From: a virus | Lineage: Duplodnaviria; Caudoviricetes | Virus record (IMG/VR): IMGVR_UViG_3300021426_000070 | Coordinates: 65,360 to 129,359 of that record | Length of the DNA stretch: 64,000 bases | Strand: one strand, 5' to 3' | Shown: positions 8,427-17,877 of the stretch, piece by piece | Layout: each line of letters starts with the position of its first letter | How positions within the stretch are numbered: the stretch's first letter is position 1 | Translations under genes and position numbers: made by a program | The notes under the pieces: generated by a model | Databases searched by the model: none | What the model saw: the letters and a program-made list of their open reading frames with translations, nothing else | Told to the model about the DNA's origin: nothing

Positions 8427-8644
8427 ACCTCAACAAGCTTTACTAAATCACCAACAGTCTTAACGTTACGGGCATCATCGGGAATATCCATCTTGAAGAC
8501 GGTTTCCAACTCAATGATAATCTCGAGCATATCGAATGAATCCACACCCAAATCATCTTGCAACGTGGTATCATCGTTCAGCTCGTCCGTCTCGACATAC
8601 ATTTTGTCCGCTATGATACTATACACTTGGTCTCTTCTATTCAT
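8423..8644 (-). CDS. acpP: Acyl carrier protein
   Basis: 73 aa, acidic, DDLGVDSFDMLEIIIELETVF..IPDD...TVGD with the conserved Ser. Confidence 0.9.
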   Translation of the reverse strand: MNRRDQVYSIIADKMYVETDELNDDTTLQDDLGVDSFDMLEIIIELETVFKMDIPDDARNVKTVGDLVKLVEV

Positions 8645-8752
8645 GCCTTACATCTGTATTTTGTTTGTTAAAAATCTTCTTCCACACGTTTGCATCGACC
8701 TCTTTCTGACAACATACCATTGTGATAATGTTGCCCCACCAATCCTTTGTAA

Positions 8753-9253
8753 CTACTTTATACATACGAAATCCTCTACGTCCATATAGTCAATACCAAA
8801 ATTCTCAGCCGCTTTCTTGTCAGAGTTAGAGAAATCGTTCGGCTTGCCGCTAGCATCACCGACCATCAGCATCAGCTCTTTCTTCCTTAATGATGGGAGC
8901 ATAGTGAGCAAAGCCTCTTCGAACATACCCGTGTTGGGTTTACGCCTTGGATTGGATTTATCTGTGTCAGCGCAATAGTACGATGAAACGGCTACATTAC
9001 AATAGACAAAAACAAAGAACTCAACCGCCTTCATCTTTGCCTTGAAATCCTCTTCTGTCTGATACTCGGGAATACCGCCTTGGTTGGAAACGATAACCAC
9101 CCTCTGTAGGTCTTTCAGAGAGCGTATCTTATCTACGACCTCTTTTCTTATTTGGAAATCGGTTACGTCCCTAGGGAACGTATCACCCGACACCGTCTTG
9201 ATGAGCGTGTCATCAAGGTCTATGAATAATACCTTTTTCTTGTTTATATCCAT
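8753..9253 (-). CDS. HAD-IIIA phosphatase (polynucleotide 3'-phosphatase-like)
   Basis: DLDDTLI, SNQGG, RKPNTGM, VGDASG...SDKKAA. Confidence 0.9.
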   Translation of the reverse strand: MDINKKKVLFIDLDDTLIKTVSGDTFPRDVTDFQIRKEVVDKIRSLKDLQRVVIVSNQGGIPEYQTEEDFKAKMKAVEFFVFVYCNVAVSSYYCADTDKSNPRRKPNTGMFEEALLTMLPSLRKKELMLMVGDASGKPNDFSNSDKKAAENFGIDYMDVEDFVCIK

Positions 9254-9623
9254 CTATCTGAAGAATTTGATTACCATCTACTAGCCCTCTAGCGTAGCCG
9301 CTATCGAACGCAGAAATATTCTGAATCGAGTCCTTTAGTGCTGCTAGGGAGTCAAAACGAATATTCTGCTTCTCTGCCTTTACACGATAATGCACCATCA
9401 TCGCAACATGGTCAAAAGCAAAGGCTATACAGACGATAAGCAAGATTGTCTTCGGATATGTGTTCACCAACCTCTTAGCATGCTTATAAAGCCATACCGA
9501 GAAGCTTACAAGCCCCATGACCAAAGCATAGAGCGTGAGGTAAGCGAAAGAGCAAAGATTGCCAAACGCCATCTTCGCCACTTTCGCAAAACCTTTAACA
9601 TCCAATAACACCATCTTTTTCAT
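9213..9623 (-). CDS. Membrane protein with two hydrophobic segments
   Basis: Hydrophobic stretches; promoter 4 nt upstream (9628-9635). Confidence 0.65.
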   Translation of the reverse strand: MKKMVLLDVKGFAKVAKMAFGNLCSFAYLTLYALVMGLVSFSVWLYKHAKRLVNTYPKTILLIVCIAFAFDHVAMMVHYRVKAEKQNIRFDSLAALKDSIQNISAFDSGYARGLVDGNQILQIDGYKQEKGIIHRP

Positions 9624-9890
9624 GCCACAAAGATAAACATATTTTATTTACCGACAAAGAAAAAACGTATTATTTTAGACATTTTAACTTTTCGACCAAA
9701 TGCCGCTGCCTTACATGAGGGTATTCAAAGATAACAATAGCCTTGTACCACATGGGGTATTTCTCATTCAGAAAGTCCGAAACGATGTTGTCATTGTTCT
9801 TTATCGCCTTGTTGGGGAAGAGGCTCTCATCCACCTCGAACTCAGAAAATCCGTCCTTAGCATAGACTTTTAATATACACTTTCTCATAA

Positions 9891-10079
9891 TTACAGATAT
9901 TGAAATTCATAACCACCTTTATAGACCCGTCCGCTCTTTGCACATCGGCATATATGCGATGACGGGATATTCAAGTCTTTCGAGCACTCCTTTATGGAAG
10001 GATATGTTCTTACCACGTAGCCGCCCCTAGTAACCAAGACAGCCTTTCTTCTACTCAGTGTTGCATTTAACGTACTCAT
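9891..10079 (-). CDS. NUMOD1-like DNA-binding mini-protein
   Basis: YPSIKECSKDLNIPSSHICRCAK...GGYEFQY. Confidence 0.65.
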   Translation of the reverse strand: MSTLNATLSRRKAVLVTRGGYVVRTYPSIKECSKDLNIPSSHICRCAKSGRVYKGGYEFQYL

Positions 10080-10762
10080 TCGAATAAGCTTAACTCCTTT
10101 ACCTTACGTCCGTTCTTAGTCTCATATTCACCCTTGCACACCTTATCAAAGCGTGCGCATCCTTTATCAAAGTATTCTTTATCAAGTTCACAACCCACGA
10201 AATCATACCCCATCTTGTAGGCAGCTATACGGCTTGACTGACTGCCCATCATCGGGTCAAAGATAGTATCACCTTCTTGTGCAAAGTTTCTTATCAGCCA
10301 CCCGTAGAGCTCAGTAGGCTTCTGTGTAGGGTGAAACCGCTCTTTGTCTTGAGTATCGGAAATGAAACCCATCTGTCGCAGTCGGAAGATACGGACAACC
10401 TTTGACATGTTAGTCCAAGCCAATTCAGCATCGGCAAAGACACTCTTGTTCTCAGTGCCATCACACTTATCCCATACCAACCAACACTTAGACATCGGCA
10501 GTATGTGTGTGAAATAGTTTCCGCCCCATATGATGACCTTCTCCCCGACACGCAGCAACTCATCAAAGAACGCCTTTTCGGGTATTTGGCTATCCCATTT
10601 GACATCCTCTAACTCGGGTCTGTTATCACACACGCCCCACCCGTTCTTTCCTCTCGCATAGCTCACGCCATACGGAGGGTCGGCAAGAACCAACTGAAAC
10701 GCATTGTCGGGCAACGTCCTCATAAAATCTATACAATCACAATTAAACACTTCACTTCTCAT
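10076..10762 (-). CDS. DNA N6-adenine/N4-cytosine methyltransferase (beta class)
   Basis: DPPY, HPTQKP, DPMMGS. Confidence 0.93.
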   Translation of the reverse strand: MRSEVFNCDCIDFMRTLPDNAFQLVLADPPYGVSYARGKNGWGVCDNRPELEDVKWDSQIPEKAFFDELLRVGEKVIIWGGNYFTHILPMSKCWLVWDKCDGTENKSVFADAELAWTNMSKVVRIFRLRQMGFISDTQDKERFHPTQKPTELYGWLIRNFAQEGDTIFDPMMGSQSSRIAAYKMGYDFVGCELDKEYFDKGCARFDKVCKGEYETKNGRKVKELSLFE

Positions 10763-10763
10763 A

Positions 10764-11480
10764 CTAAAACAATGCTTGAGGGTTTTTCTTTTCTTCTTTT
10801 ATTCTCTTGTTGATAAGGTCGTAATACTCATCATCTATCTCTGCGCCCACGAAATGCCTACCCGAACGGATGCATGCTAGTGCTGTCGTGCCGCTACCCA
10901 TGAAAGGGTCTAAGACAATATCGCCTTTCTGTGAGCTTTCCTCGATAAGTATCTGCATAAGACTGACGGGCTTCTGCGAGTCATGGATATTCTCTCCATT
11001 AGCCTTCTTCGTCTTGACATTAGGAATAGTGATAATATCCCCTCTGCCGCAATCGTTGATGGGCACAGCCTTACCCTTTCGCAAGAAGATAATATACTCA
11101 AAGGCATTCATATAGAACGTGCCCATGATGAGATTTGTTTTGTTCCAAATAAGACATTTGATGAAATGGAAATCGCTCTCATCAATGACCTTTAGGAAAT
11201 GCACGAGGTTGATATGGTTGCACATGATATAACAATGCGAGCCGTCCTTTAGCACCCTATAAAGCTCGGGAAGATAAGTATCTATCTCTATGCCGTTATG
11301 CTCGAACACCTTGCCTTTCTTGTTGATATCCTTCTGCATCATGCCGCCGCTGTTACCCGCACTGCCACGTGCCGTTACAAGATACGGAGGGTCTGACACC
11401 ACCAAGTCAACGCTCTCACTAGGAAGACTCCTCAACAGCTCCATGCAGTCGCCGTGAAAAATGCTGTCTATCTTATCCAT
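10764..11480 (-). CDS. DNA N6-adenine/N4-cytosine methyltransferase (beta class; likely start 11480)
   Basis: DPPY, HDSQKP, DPFMGSGTT. Confidence 0.93.
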   Translation of the reverse strand: MDKIDSIFHGDCMELLRSLPSESVDLVVSDPPYLVTARGSAGNSGGMMQKDINKKGKVFEHNGIEIDTYLPELYRVLKDGSHCYIMCNHINLVHFLKVIDESDFHFIKCLIWNKTNLIMGTFYMNAFEYIIFLRKGKAVPINDCGRGDIITIPNVKTKKANGENIHDSQKPVSLMQILIEESSQKGDIVLDPFMGSGTTALACIRSGRHFVGAEIDDEYYDLINKRIKEEKKNPQALF

Positions 11481-11817
11481 GCCTATTAACCCTTTCATAC
11501 AATTCGTTCACCAATGCCAATGCCACGATGATTTTCTTTCTTATCGGTTGGTTGTTTGTGAGAATACCCGACAACAGATAGATATTACTGATATAGCTTG
11601 CCTTGATACTTCCTCTGTAGCCCTCAGTCATGCTCTTTAGGTTATCCATCTTCGACTTTGCGCACCTCAGCAGCATATCCAACACCTTTTCGATACGCTC
11701 TCTGTCATCACCATCGGAGAACGCTTCTTTCATTACCAACTGAAACATCTGATAGTCCGTAACGGGCTTCATATCCTTTTGCGCCATCATGCGCTTTTCT
11801 AATTGTGCTTTATTCAT
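11473..11817 (-). CDS. Hypothetical protein
   Basis: ORF track; overlaps both MTase neighbours. Confidence 0.65.
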   Translation of the reverse strand: MNKAQLEKRMMAQKDMKPVTDYQMFQLVMKEAFSDGDDRERIEKVLDMLLRCAKSKMDNLKSMTEGYRGSIKASYISNIYLLSGILTNNQPIRKKIIVALALVNELYERVNRHG

Positions 11818-12583
11818 CTAAATCCAAACTTAATTGTTGTTTCTCTTCTGTTATTCTCTTTTCCGCCTTACGGAAATACTCTTCATTCTTCTCAAAGCCT
11901 ACATAATGCCGACCCTCTTTGATAGCCGCTACCGCCGTTGTACCGCTACCGATAGTAGCATCAAGTACCGTATCACCTTTGTTGGTGTAGGTACGTATCA
12001 GATAGCGTATCAAGTCAACGGGCTTCTGTGTGGGATGCCATGTATCTGCAGTATGCTCTTTCGGGAAATGCAAGATACTGATAGGGTAGCCCTCCGTCTT
12101 TGACTCGGTGCTTACAGCCTCGAACTTGCCATAGCACTGATTTGTCATCTTGTTACCGCCCTTACCCCTTGCATGCGTATTACACGCCCTCTTCTGCGGG
12201 TTATAGGTAGGCTGTTTGCGATAGAACACCATGATATCCTCATGTGAGCGTAAAGGCATACGCTTTGCATTAAGAAATCCCGTTGACCGCCCTTTATCCC
12301 AAATCAGATTGTATCGCCAAATCTTAGGCTGCGACATCATCATCTGTGCCGTGAACATACCTTGCCCGAACAAGACGATAGCACCATTCTCTTTCGTCAC
12401 TCGGAGCAGATGCGCCCATAACGGCTTATCGGGTATGACCCTATCCCATGCGACTTGCTGATTGTTCTTGTGCAGCACCTCGTAAGGAAGGTCGCAGATA
12501 ACACAATCAATGCTCCCATCGGGTATGCCCGCCATCAACTCTAGGCAATCGCCGTTGTATATTCTATCAAGCTCTATCACCAT
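11810..12583 (-). CDS. DNA N6-adenine/N4-cytosine methyltransferase (beta class; likely start 12583)
   Basis: DLPY, HPTQKP, DATIGSGTT. Confidence 0.93.
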   Translation of the reverse strand: MVIELDRIYNGDCLELMAGIPDGSIDCVICDLPYEVLHKNNQQVAWDRVIPDKPLWAHLLRVTKENGAIVLFGQGMFTAQMMMSQPKIWRYNLIWDKGRSTGFLNAKRMPLRSHEDIMVFYRKQPTYNPQKRACNTHARGKGGNKMTNQCYGKFEAVSTESKTEGYPISILHFPKEHTADTWHPTQKPVDLIRYLIRTYTNKGDTVLDATIGSGTTAVAAIKEGRHYVGFEKNEEYFRKAEKRITEEKQQLSLDLDE

Positions 12584-12927
12584 AAGCCTTTTTTTCTTTG
12601 TTCCTCTTCCCAAAGGTATTGTCTATCCCAATCCTTGTAAAAAAAGCTGCATTTAAACACCAACCATGCAAAGCCTATACATAATTCGCTATGATTATAG
12701 AAATAGCATATACAAGGCAATACATAGACCTTATCCTTCATCACGTTCACATTATCATGGGCTCTCCACGTGCCGAAACGGACAACGAACCTTACAAGCT
12801 TATCGTTATCCCATTTCTCCCAACATATCTGCCGTTTCAGATGCGGCTTGACATCTTGACCATCCATGATACACGCTATCGTGTATATGATGAACGCCGC
12901 AAATATAGAAATTGTCAAAGTACCCAT
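12577..12927 (-). CDS. Hypothetical membrane-anchored protein
   Basis: N-terminal hydrophobic helix. Confidence 0.55.
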   Translation of the reverse strand: MGTLTISIFAAFIIYTIACIMDGQDVKPHLKRQICWEKWDNDKLVRFVVRFGTWRAHDNVNVMKDKVYVLPCICYFYNHSELCIGFAWLVFKCSFFYKDWDRQYLWEEEQRKKGLW

Positions 12928-13127
12928 CCGCTTGATTTTTTGAAGTCCACACCGCCTTTCCCGTCCGACTTAAACGAACCGAAATGCTTTACCACCACTT
13001 GCTCACCGCTATTGACCAACATCTTTATATGGTCAAAGATAAGGTCATAGGAATAGCGCACATCTTCGGGCTTCAACCCTAGCTCTTTTGCAATATCCTT
13101 GCACATTTTCATCTTGTAGTTTACCAT
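12915..13127 (-). CDS. HU/IHF-like DNA-binding protein with shortened arm
   Basis: IAKELGL...LVNSGEQVVVKHFGSF...VDFKKS. Confidence 0.7.
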   Translation of the reverse strand: MVNYKMKMCKDIAKELGLKPEDVRYSYDLIFDHIKMLVNSGEQVVVKHFGSFKSDGKGGVDFKKSSGWVL

Positions 13128-13139
13128 AACCGAATTTAT

Positions 13140-13964
13140 TTAATCGTCAAACAAAGACAACTGACCATAGTCATCATACTTCTTCACGTTCTTAATCTTC
13201 ACCTCTTTCGTCTCCACGCCATCTTTCAGCAGCTTTATATATCCGCAGCATACGGGACAAGAATACCACTCATCGAACCTAGCATCGTAAACCTTATGAG
13301 TGCCATTACAGCAGTTAGGAACATACATGGCGTCCTTTGTCGGTGCTTTCTGTTCTTTGTATAACACCTTCAGACTCTTATCCAACAGATAGCAATACCT
13401 ATGCTTTCTTGGTCGTTCCACCCATACGCCGTGCCTTTCCTTGGTATAGCCACGGAAATTCTTTATGCCGTCATCGGTGTAAAAGTCGCTCTTCTTATCC
13501 GTAAGCCCATAGTACTTGAAATTACATACTTGGTAGATACTGCCGACATGCCTAGATGCATCGGCTAGCGTTATCACCGCCTTAATGCCATGTTGTTTCA
13601 GCAGCTTCATCGAATTACCCAAAAGGAAAGACGTTGCATTCGTCCCATTAAGACATGGCAGCAGACAAAGCCTAGACAGCTCCAACACATATTGGCAGTC
13701 GTTCTTCAATCCGAACCACCCTTTGAGAGCAACAGTACCTTGCGGGTTGGAGAATGTTGCGACACCAACCAACTCTTCCGTGCCATCAATAGCACGATAA
13801 TACATACCATAGCCATGCACACAGAAAAACTTTGCATTGGCAAGATAGTGGTACTTTCTGACAAACGCATAGCACGTGTTCTTGTCTATCTCACGGATAG
13901 AAAAGATACTCCTTGCGCCCAATCTGCGTGTCTTAAATCCTTCCAAATCAATATCACTAATCAT
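13140..13964 (-). CDS. Mom-like (GNAT-fold) DNA modification protein with C-terminal Cys cluster
   Basis: FVRKYHYL, GVATF, ELSRLC, NATSFLLG, ITLAD...HVGSIYQVCNF.Y.G resemble the phage Mu Mom family. Confidence 0.8.
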   Translation of the reverse strand: MISDIDLEGFKTRRLGARSIFSIREIDKNTCYAFVRKYHYLANAKFFCVHGYGMYYRAIDGTEELVGVATFSNPQGTVALKGWFGLKNDCQYVLELSRLCLLPCLNGTNATSFLLGNSMKLLKQHGIKAVITLADASRHVGSIYQVCNFKYYGLTDKKSDFYTDDGIKNFRGYTKERHGVWVERPRKHRYCYLLDKSLKVLYKEQKAPTKDAMYVPNCCNGTHKVYDARFDEWYSCPVCCGYIKLLKDGVETKEVKIKNVKKYDDYGQLSLFDD

Positions 13965-13979
13965 CTTTCAGAACTTTTT

Positions 13980-14786
13980 TTATAATTCATTTCTTTCTGA
14001 TTTCTCAACCACCTCTTCTGGTGTAAGCCCATTTTTCTCAATGAACATCTTGCGCATATCCAACAGCGACTTCACGGAAACATTGTATCTGTTCTCTATA
14101 AGGGCTTTTGCGCCGTCCACAAGCGTTTCTAACGGCTTGGGCTTATAACTTACAACCCTTTGGTCTTCTGACCGCTCTACGACAAAGGAAATAGGCTCTC
14201 CTTTCGCTTCTTTCTCTTTCCGCCACTCTTCATACGACAAGGTAGGCTTTTTCTTCTGCTCTTCTATCGCCTTCTTAGCCTTGAACTCTTCATAGTCCGC
14301 ATACACATCTGACCGATACACAAGGAACTCTCGGAACGCCCTTGTAATAACCATAGGGTCAACAGTACCATAGAACTGCCCATACTGACCTAGCTTGAAC
14401 TTCTTGCAGAACACCATGAACTCTTTCACCTTTATCCATGGGTATGATGTGGCTATCAACAGAGCCGTTTCGCTTATCTGTGATTCCGTGAACTTATCCT
14501 TAGCACCGCAGAACTCCGAAAGGTTGAACAACTGAGGAACAAGAAACATCGCCGCCGTATTCTTACCATAAGTGGCATTAAGCTCTGTCAGTGTCGGTGA
14601 ATCGCTTAGTATAGCCATTGTCTCATCTTGACACAACTCATACTGCCTATCGGGTACAAAGAACATTAGAAAGTGGTTTCTATCACCAAATGTTTTAATA
14701 ATCTCGTTCTTCTTCTGCAGCAAGGTTGGCGATAACTCTTGCCGCCCCCTCTTGCCTTCGCAGTAAATCATTAGCTCGTTGCTCAT
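13980..14786 (-). CDS. Replication-associated protein, possible helicase loader
   Basis: Follows the initiator; EFMVFCKKFKLGQYGQFYGTVDP pattern. Confidence 0.6.
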   Translation of the reverse strand: MSNELMIYCEGKRGRQELSPTLLQKKNEIIKTFGDRNHFLMFFVPDRQYELCQDETMAILSDSPTLTELNATYGKNTAAMFLVPQLFNLSEFCGAKDKFTESQISETALLIATSYPWIKVKEFMVFCKKFKLGQYGQFYGTVDPMVITRAFREFLVYRSDVYADYEEFKAKKAIEEQKKKPTLSYEEWRKEKEAKGEPISFVVERSEDQRVVSYKPKPLETLVDGAKALIENRYNVSVKSLLDMRKMFIEKNGLTPEEVVEKSERNEL

Positions 14787-15564
14787 CCCTAGACAAATTA
14801 TTGTTGTTAAACGTTGTTGTTCTGTTATCGTAATTACCTTCTAATACCTTGGGGAAATTATTAGGCTTGAATAGCCAATCAAAATCGGCAGTCCACCCTC
14901 TGTTATTCTTTCCATTCAGAAAATCCGATGCCGCAGCTTTACGGATAACCTCTTCTACCGATTGATAGCCATACTCACGCAATCTTGCTCTCATGCTCTG
15001 CTTACGTTTATCCGTAAGCCTTGATATGGGCTTGATAGCCTTGTTACTCATAACAGCATTATAGAGAGAAACGATATTATCCAACTCTGACTCCTTTTTG
15101 TTCGAAAGTGTACTTTCGACTTCAATAGATACGTTAGTATCTTGTTTTCTCTCTGTTATATATATATCTTGTTTCTCTATATTATCTCTTTTATTTAGTG
15201 TGGGGTTTTCTCCGTGTCGGGAAAAGTCCGTGTCGGTATTTTCCGTGCACGGTTTTTTCCGTGTCGGTATTTCTTTGTTTGCCTTCAGTGTATATACAAC
15301 CGACCCAAACTGCCCCTTCTCATTAGTACCCTGCTGACCTTTGGTTATCCACCCACTCAAAGCAAGCTCATTAAGGTACTTTCTAAGTGTCTCCACACTA
15401 TACCCCAACTCATTTGCCATCGGCTCAAGCAAGAAATCCCAACCTTCGGGCTTACAAGCCATATAGACATACACAAACCTAGCTCTGTCTGATAGTGTCT
15501 TATCAAAGACAAGGCTTCTAGGAACACTTTCGTAATTCTTTAATTCGCTTTTAAAATTACCCAT
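14695..15564 (-). CDS. Phage replication initiator (N-terminal wHTH, conserved C-terminal domain)
   Basis: LSDRARFVYVYM, WTADFDWLFKPNNFPKVLEGNY; internal iterons. Confidence 0.85.
   Translation of the reverse strand: MGNFKSELKNYESVPRSLVFDKTLSDRARFVYVYMACKPEGWDFLLEPMANELGYSVETLRKYLNELALSGWITKGQQGTNEKGQFGSVVYTLKANKEIPTRKKPCTENTDTDFSRHGENPTLNKRDNIEKQDIYITERKQDTNVSIEVESTLSNKKESELDNIVSLYNAVMSNKAIKPISRLTDKRKQSMRARLREYGYQSVEEVIRKAAASDFLNGKNNRGWTADFDWLFKPNNFPKVLEGNYDNRTTTFNNNNLSRDEQRANDLLRRQEGAARVIANLAAEEERDY
15211..15267. repeat. Iterons, putative replication origin
   Basis: TCCGTGTCGG at 15211, 15227, 15258 and variant TCCGTGCACGG at 15242 (15-16 nt period), next to an AT-rich tract. Confidence 0.75.
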
Positions 15565-15575
15565 ATCATTAATTG

Positions 15576-17693
15576 TTAATCGTTTTGCAACCTTGCTTTC
15601 AACATAGTATTTCTTTTGAGCACCACCATGTTCTTGATGGCACGTCCCAACGCCCTAGAGTCACCTACGATGATACACAACTTCTTAGCTCGTGTAACAG
15701 CCGTATAGACGAGATTACGCTGCAGCATGATATAATGGCTCATAAGCAACGGAACGACCACCACGGGGTATTCTGAGCCTTGTGACTTATGGATAGTGGT
15801 CGCATACGCCAATGTAAGCTCGCTCAAGTCCTCACTCTCATAGACAACAGCTTGGTCGTTGAAATTCACCCTCAGCATACGCTCTTCGGTGTCTATGAAG
15901 TCGATAGTGCCAACGTCACCATTGAACACGTTCTTATCATAGTCATTCTTAATCTGCATGACTTTATCACCGCTACGGAACTTGTACTGCCCGACTTGGA
16001 TATACTCACCCTCGGGGTTCACCGCCTCTTGCAGAGCATTGTTCAGACTGACAGTACCCGCCTGCCCGTTCTTCATCGGCACTAGGACTTGCATATCATC
16101 AATAGTGTAGTTATATGCGTTAGGTATTCGGTTCTTGATAAGGTCAACGATACTATTAGCTGCCAACTGAGCATCCTCTTGCTTGATAAAGAAGAAATCC
16201 GTATCTTTGCCGTTTGACACATCGGGATATTCGCCCTTGTTAATCAAGTGGGCATTGGTCACGATACGGCTTGTAAGAGCTTGTCGGAAGATACGTGTGA
16301 GCCTTACCACGGGCACGACACCCGAATCAATGACATCCCTCAGCACGTTACCCGCACCGACACTCGGTAATTGGTCTATATCACCTACGAGTATCAGCCC
16401 CATCTTCTCGGGAATAGCCTTCATCAGCGAATGCATCAGCATGACATCTATCATCGAACTCTCGTCAACGATAAGCACATCACCATTCAATGGGTCATTC
16501 TCATTCTTCGTGAAACCTTTGTCGGGCATATATCCTAGCAGTCTATGGATAGTCTTTGCATCCTTACCCGTTGCCTCGCTCATACGCTTTGCGGCACGAC
16601 CCGTTGGAGCAGCACAGAGGATAACCTTGTCTTGCATCTCGAGGGCAGTAATGATACCTTGAACGGTTGTTGTCTTACCAGTGCCCGGAAGTCCCGTAAG
16701 CACCATCACCTTTGAGCGCATGGCTTGACGGATAGCATCGGCTTGTATATCGTCATAGTCCATCTGCGTTTTCTCGGAGACAGCCTTAATATCCACCTCT
16801 TTGTTCGACACACTACCCGACTTCAACAGCAGCTTCATCTTCTCTGCAATCCTCAGTTCGGAATAGTAGTACATCGGAAGGAAATACTTTTCATCTTCTT
16901 CTATAACCTCGAAAGCGAACGTCAGCAGCCCTAGACCCTCTTCAATAGCCGCCTCATCAGAGCCTAACAACTCTTTGGCAGTAGCCATAAGCTGAGACCT
17001 TTCGGCATAGCAGTGCCCGTCATTGGATAGCTGCGACAGCGTATATAGAATACCCGCCTTACACCTACGGACATCATTGAGCCCATAGCCAAAGGAACGG
17101 GCTATTTGGTCAGCCATCTTAAAGCCGATACCCGTCACATCATCAGCAAGCACATAAGGGTTTTCTTTAACCGTCTCAATACTCTTATCGCCGTATTGTC
17201 TGTAAATCTTTACCGCATATGCGGGGCTTATATCATGCCCTTGTAGGAAAAGCATAATCTCACGAACCTCTTTGTTCTTACCCCACGAGTCCTTAATCCT
17301 CTTAACCTTATCCTTGCCTAAGCCCTTGACCTTAAACAGCTCATCGGGATTATTATCCAAGATATTCAGCGTGTCCTTGCCGAAATGCTTGACAATAAGC
17401 TTTGCCGTCTTCTTGCCTATGCCCTTGATACAACCGCTAGCAAGATAACTCTCGATACCTTTCTCTGTAGCGGGCAGCTCTTCATACCATTTCTGTACGG
17501 CTAGCTGCCTACCATACTTTGTAGTCTGCCACTCACCTTCACAAACAAGCGTAGCACCGACAGAAACGCCTTGAAACGTACCCGTTATCGTATGATAGAC
17601 GAAACCACCATCGACAGACACTTGAAAAACTGAATAGCCGTTTTCTTCATTTCGAAAAACAACCCGTTCGATTACACATTTTAATTTATCCAT
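15576..17693 (-). CDS. recD2: RecD2-like SF1B helicase (likely start 17693)
   Basis: HhH motifs, GLPGTGKTT, APTGRAA, DESSM, GDIDQLPSV, TIHKSQGSE, YTAVTRA. Confidence 0.95.
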   Translation of the reverse strand: MDKLKCVIERVVFRNEENGYSVFQVSVDGGFVYHTITGTFQGVSVGATLVCEGEWQTTKYGRQLAVQKWYEELPATEKGIESYLASGCIKGIGKKTAKLIVKHFGKDTLNILDNNPDELFKVKGLGKDKVKRIKDSWGKNKEVREIMLFLQGHDISPAYAVKIYRQYGDKSIETVKENPYVLADDVTGIGFKMADQIARSFGYGLNDVRRCKAGILYTLSQLSNDGHCYAERSQLMATAKELLGSDEAAIEEGLGLLTFAFEVIEEDEKYFLPMYYYSELRIAEKMKLLLKSGSVSNKEVDIKAVSEKTQMDYDDIQADAIRQAMRSKVMVLTGLPGTGKTTTVQGIITALEMQDKVILCAAPTGRAAKRMSEATGKDAKTIHRLLGYMPDKGFTKNENDPLNGDVLIVDESSMIDVMLMHSLMKAIPEKMGLILVGDIDQLPSVGAGNVLRDVIDSGVVPVVRLTRIFRQALTSRIVTNAHLINKGEYPDVSNGKDTDFFFIKQEDAQLAANSIVDLIKNRIPNAYNYTIDDMQVLVPMKNGQAGTVSLNNALQEAVNPEGEYIQVGQYKFRSGDKVMQIKNDYDKNVFNGDVGTIDFIDTEERMLRVNFNDQAVVYESEDLSELTLAYATTIHKSQGSEYPVVVVPLLMSHYIMLQRNLVYTAVTRAKKLCIIVGDSRALGRAIKNMVVLKRNTMLKARLQND

Positions 17694-17699
17694 GACTAG

Positions 17700-17833
17700 A
17701 AACACCAAGAGAAGGATAAATACTCAACGCTTCTACTCGTCTTTCTTCACCCCTCTCTTTTTCGGTGTGTATTTTATTGTTCTGCGCCTAGTGTAGAAGT
17801 CAACGCTAAACCTTTATTCTGAGTGCAAAGGTA
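17700..17833 (-). promoter_or_regulatory. Promoter (17826-17833) and structured 5' leader of the replication operon
   Basis: TACCTTTG; overlapping inverted repeats CTTCTAC/GTAGAAG and ACACC..AGAG/CTCT..GGTGT. Confidence 0.6.
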
Positions 17834-17877
17834 TATAAAACTATCAACACTAGCAAATTTTCAGCCGATTTATAACA

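Noticed and set aside
10076-12583. Restriction-modification system
   Set aside because: No cognate restriction endonuclease recognisable; orphan phage methyltransferases are more likely
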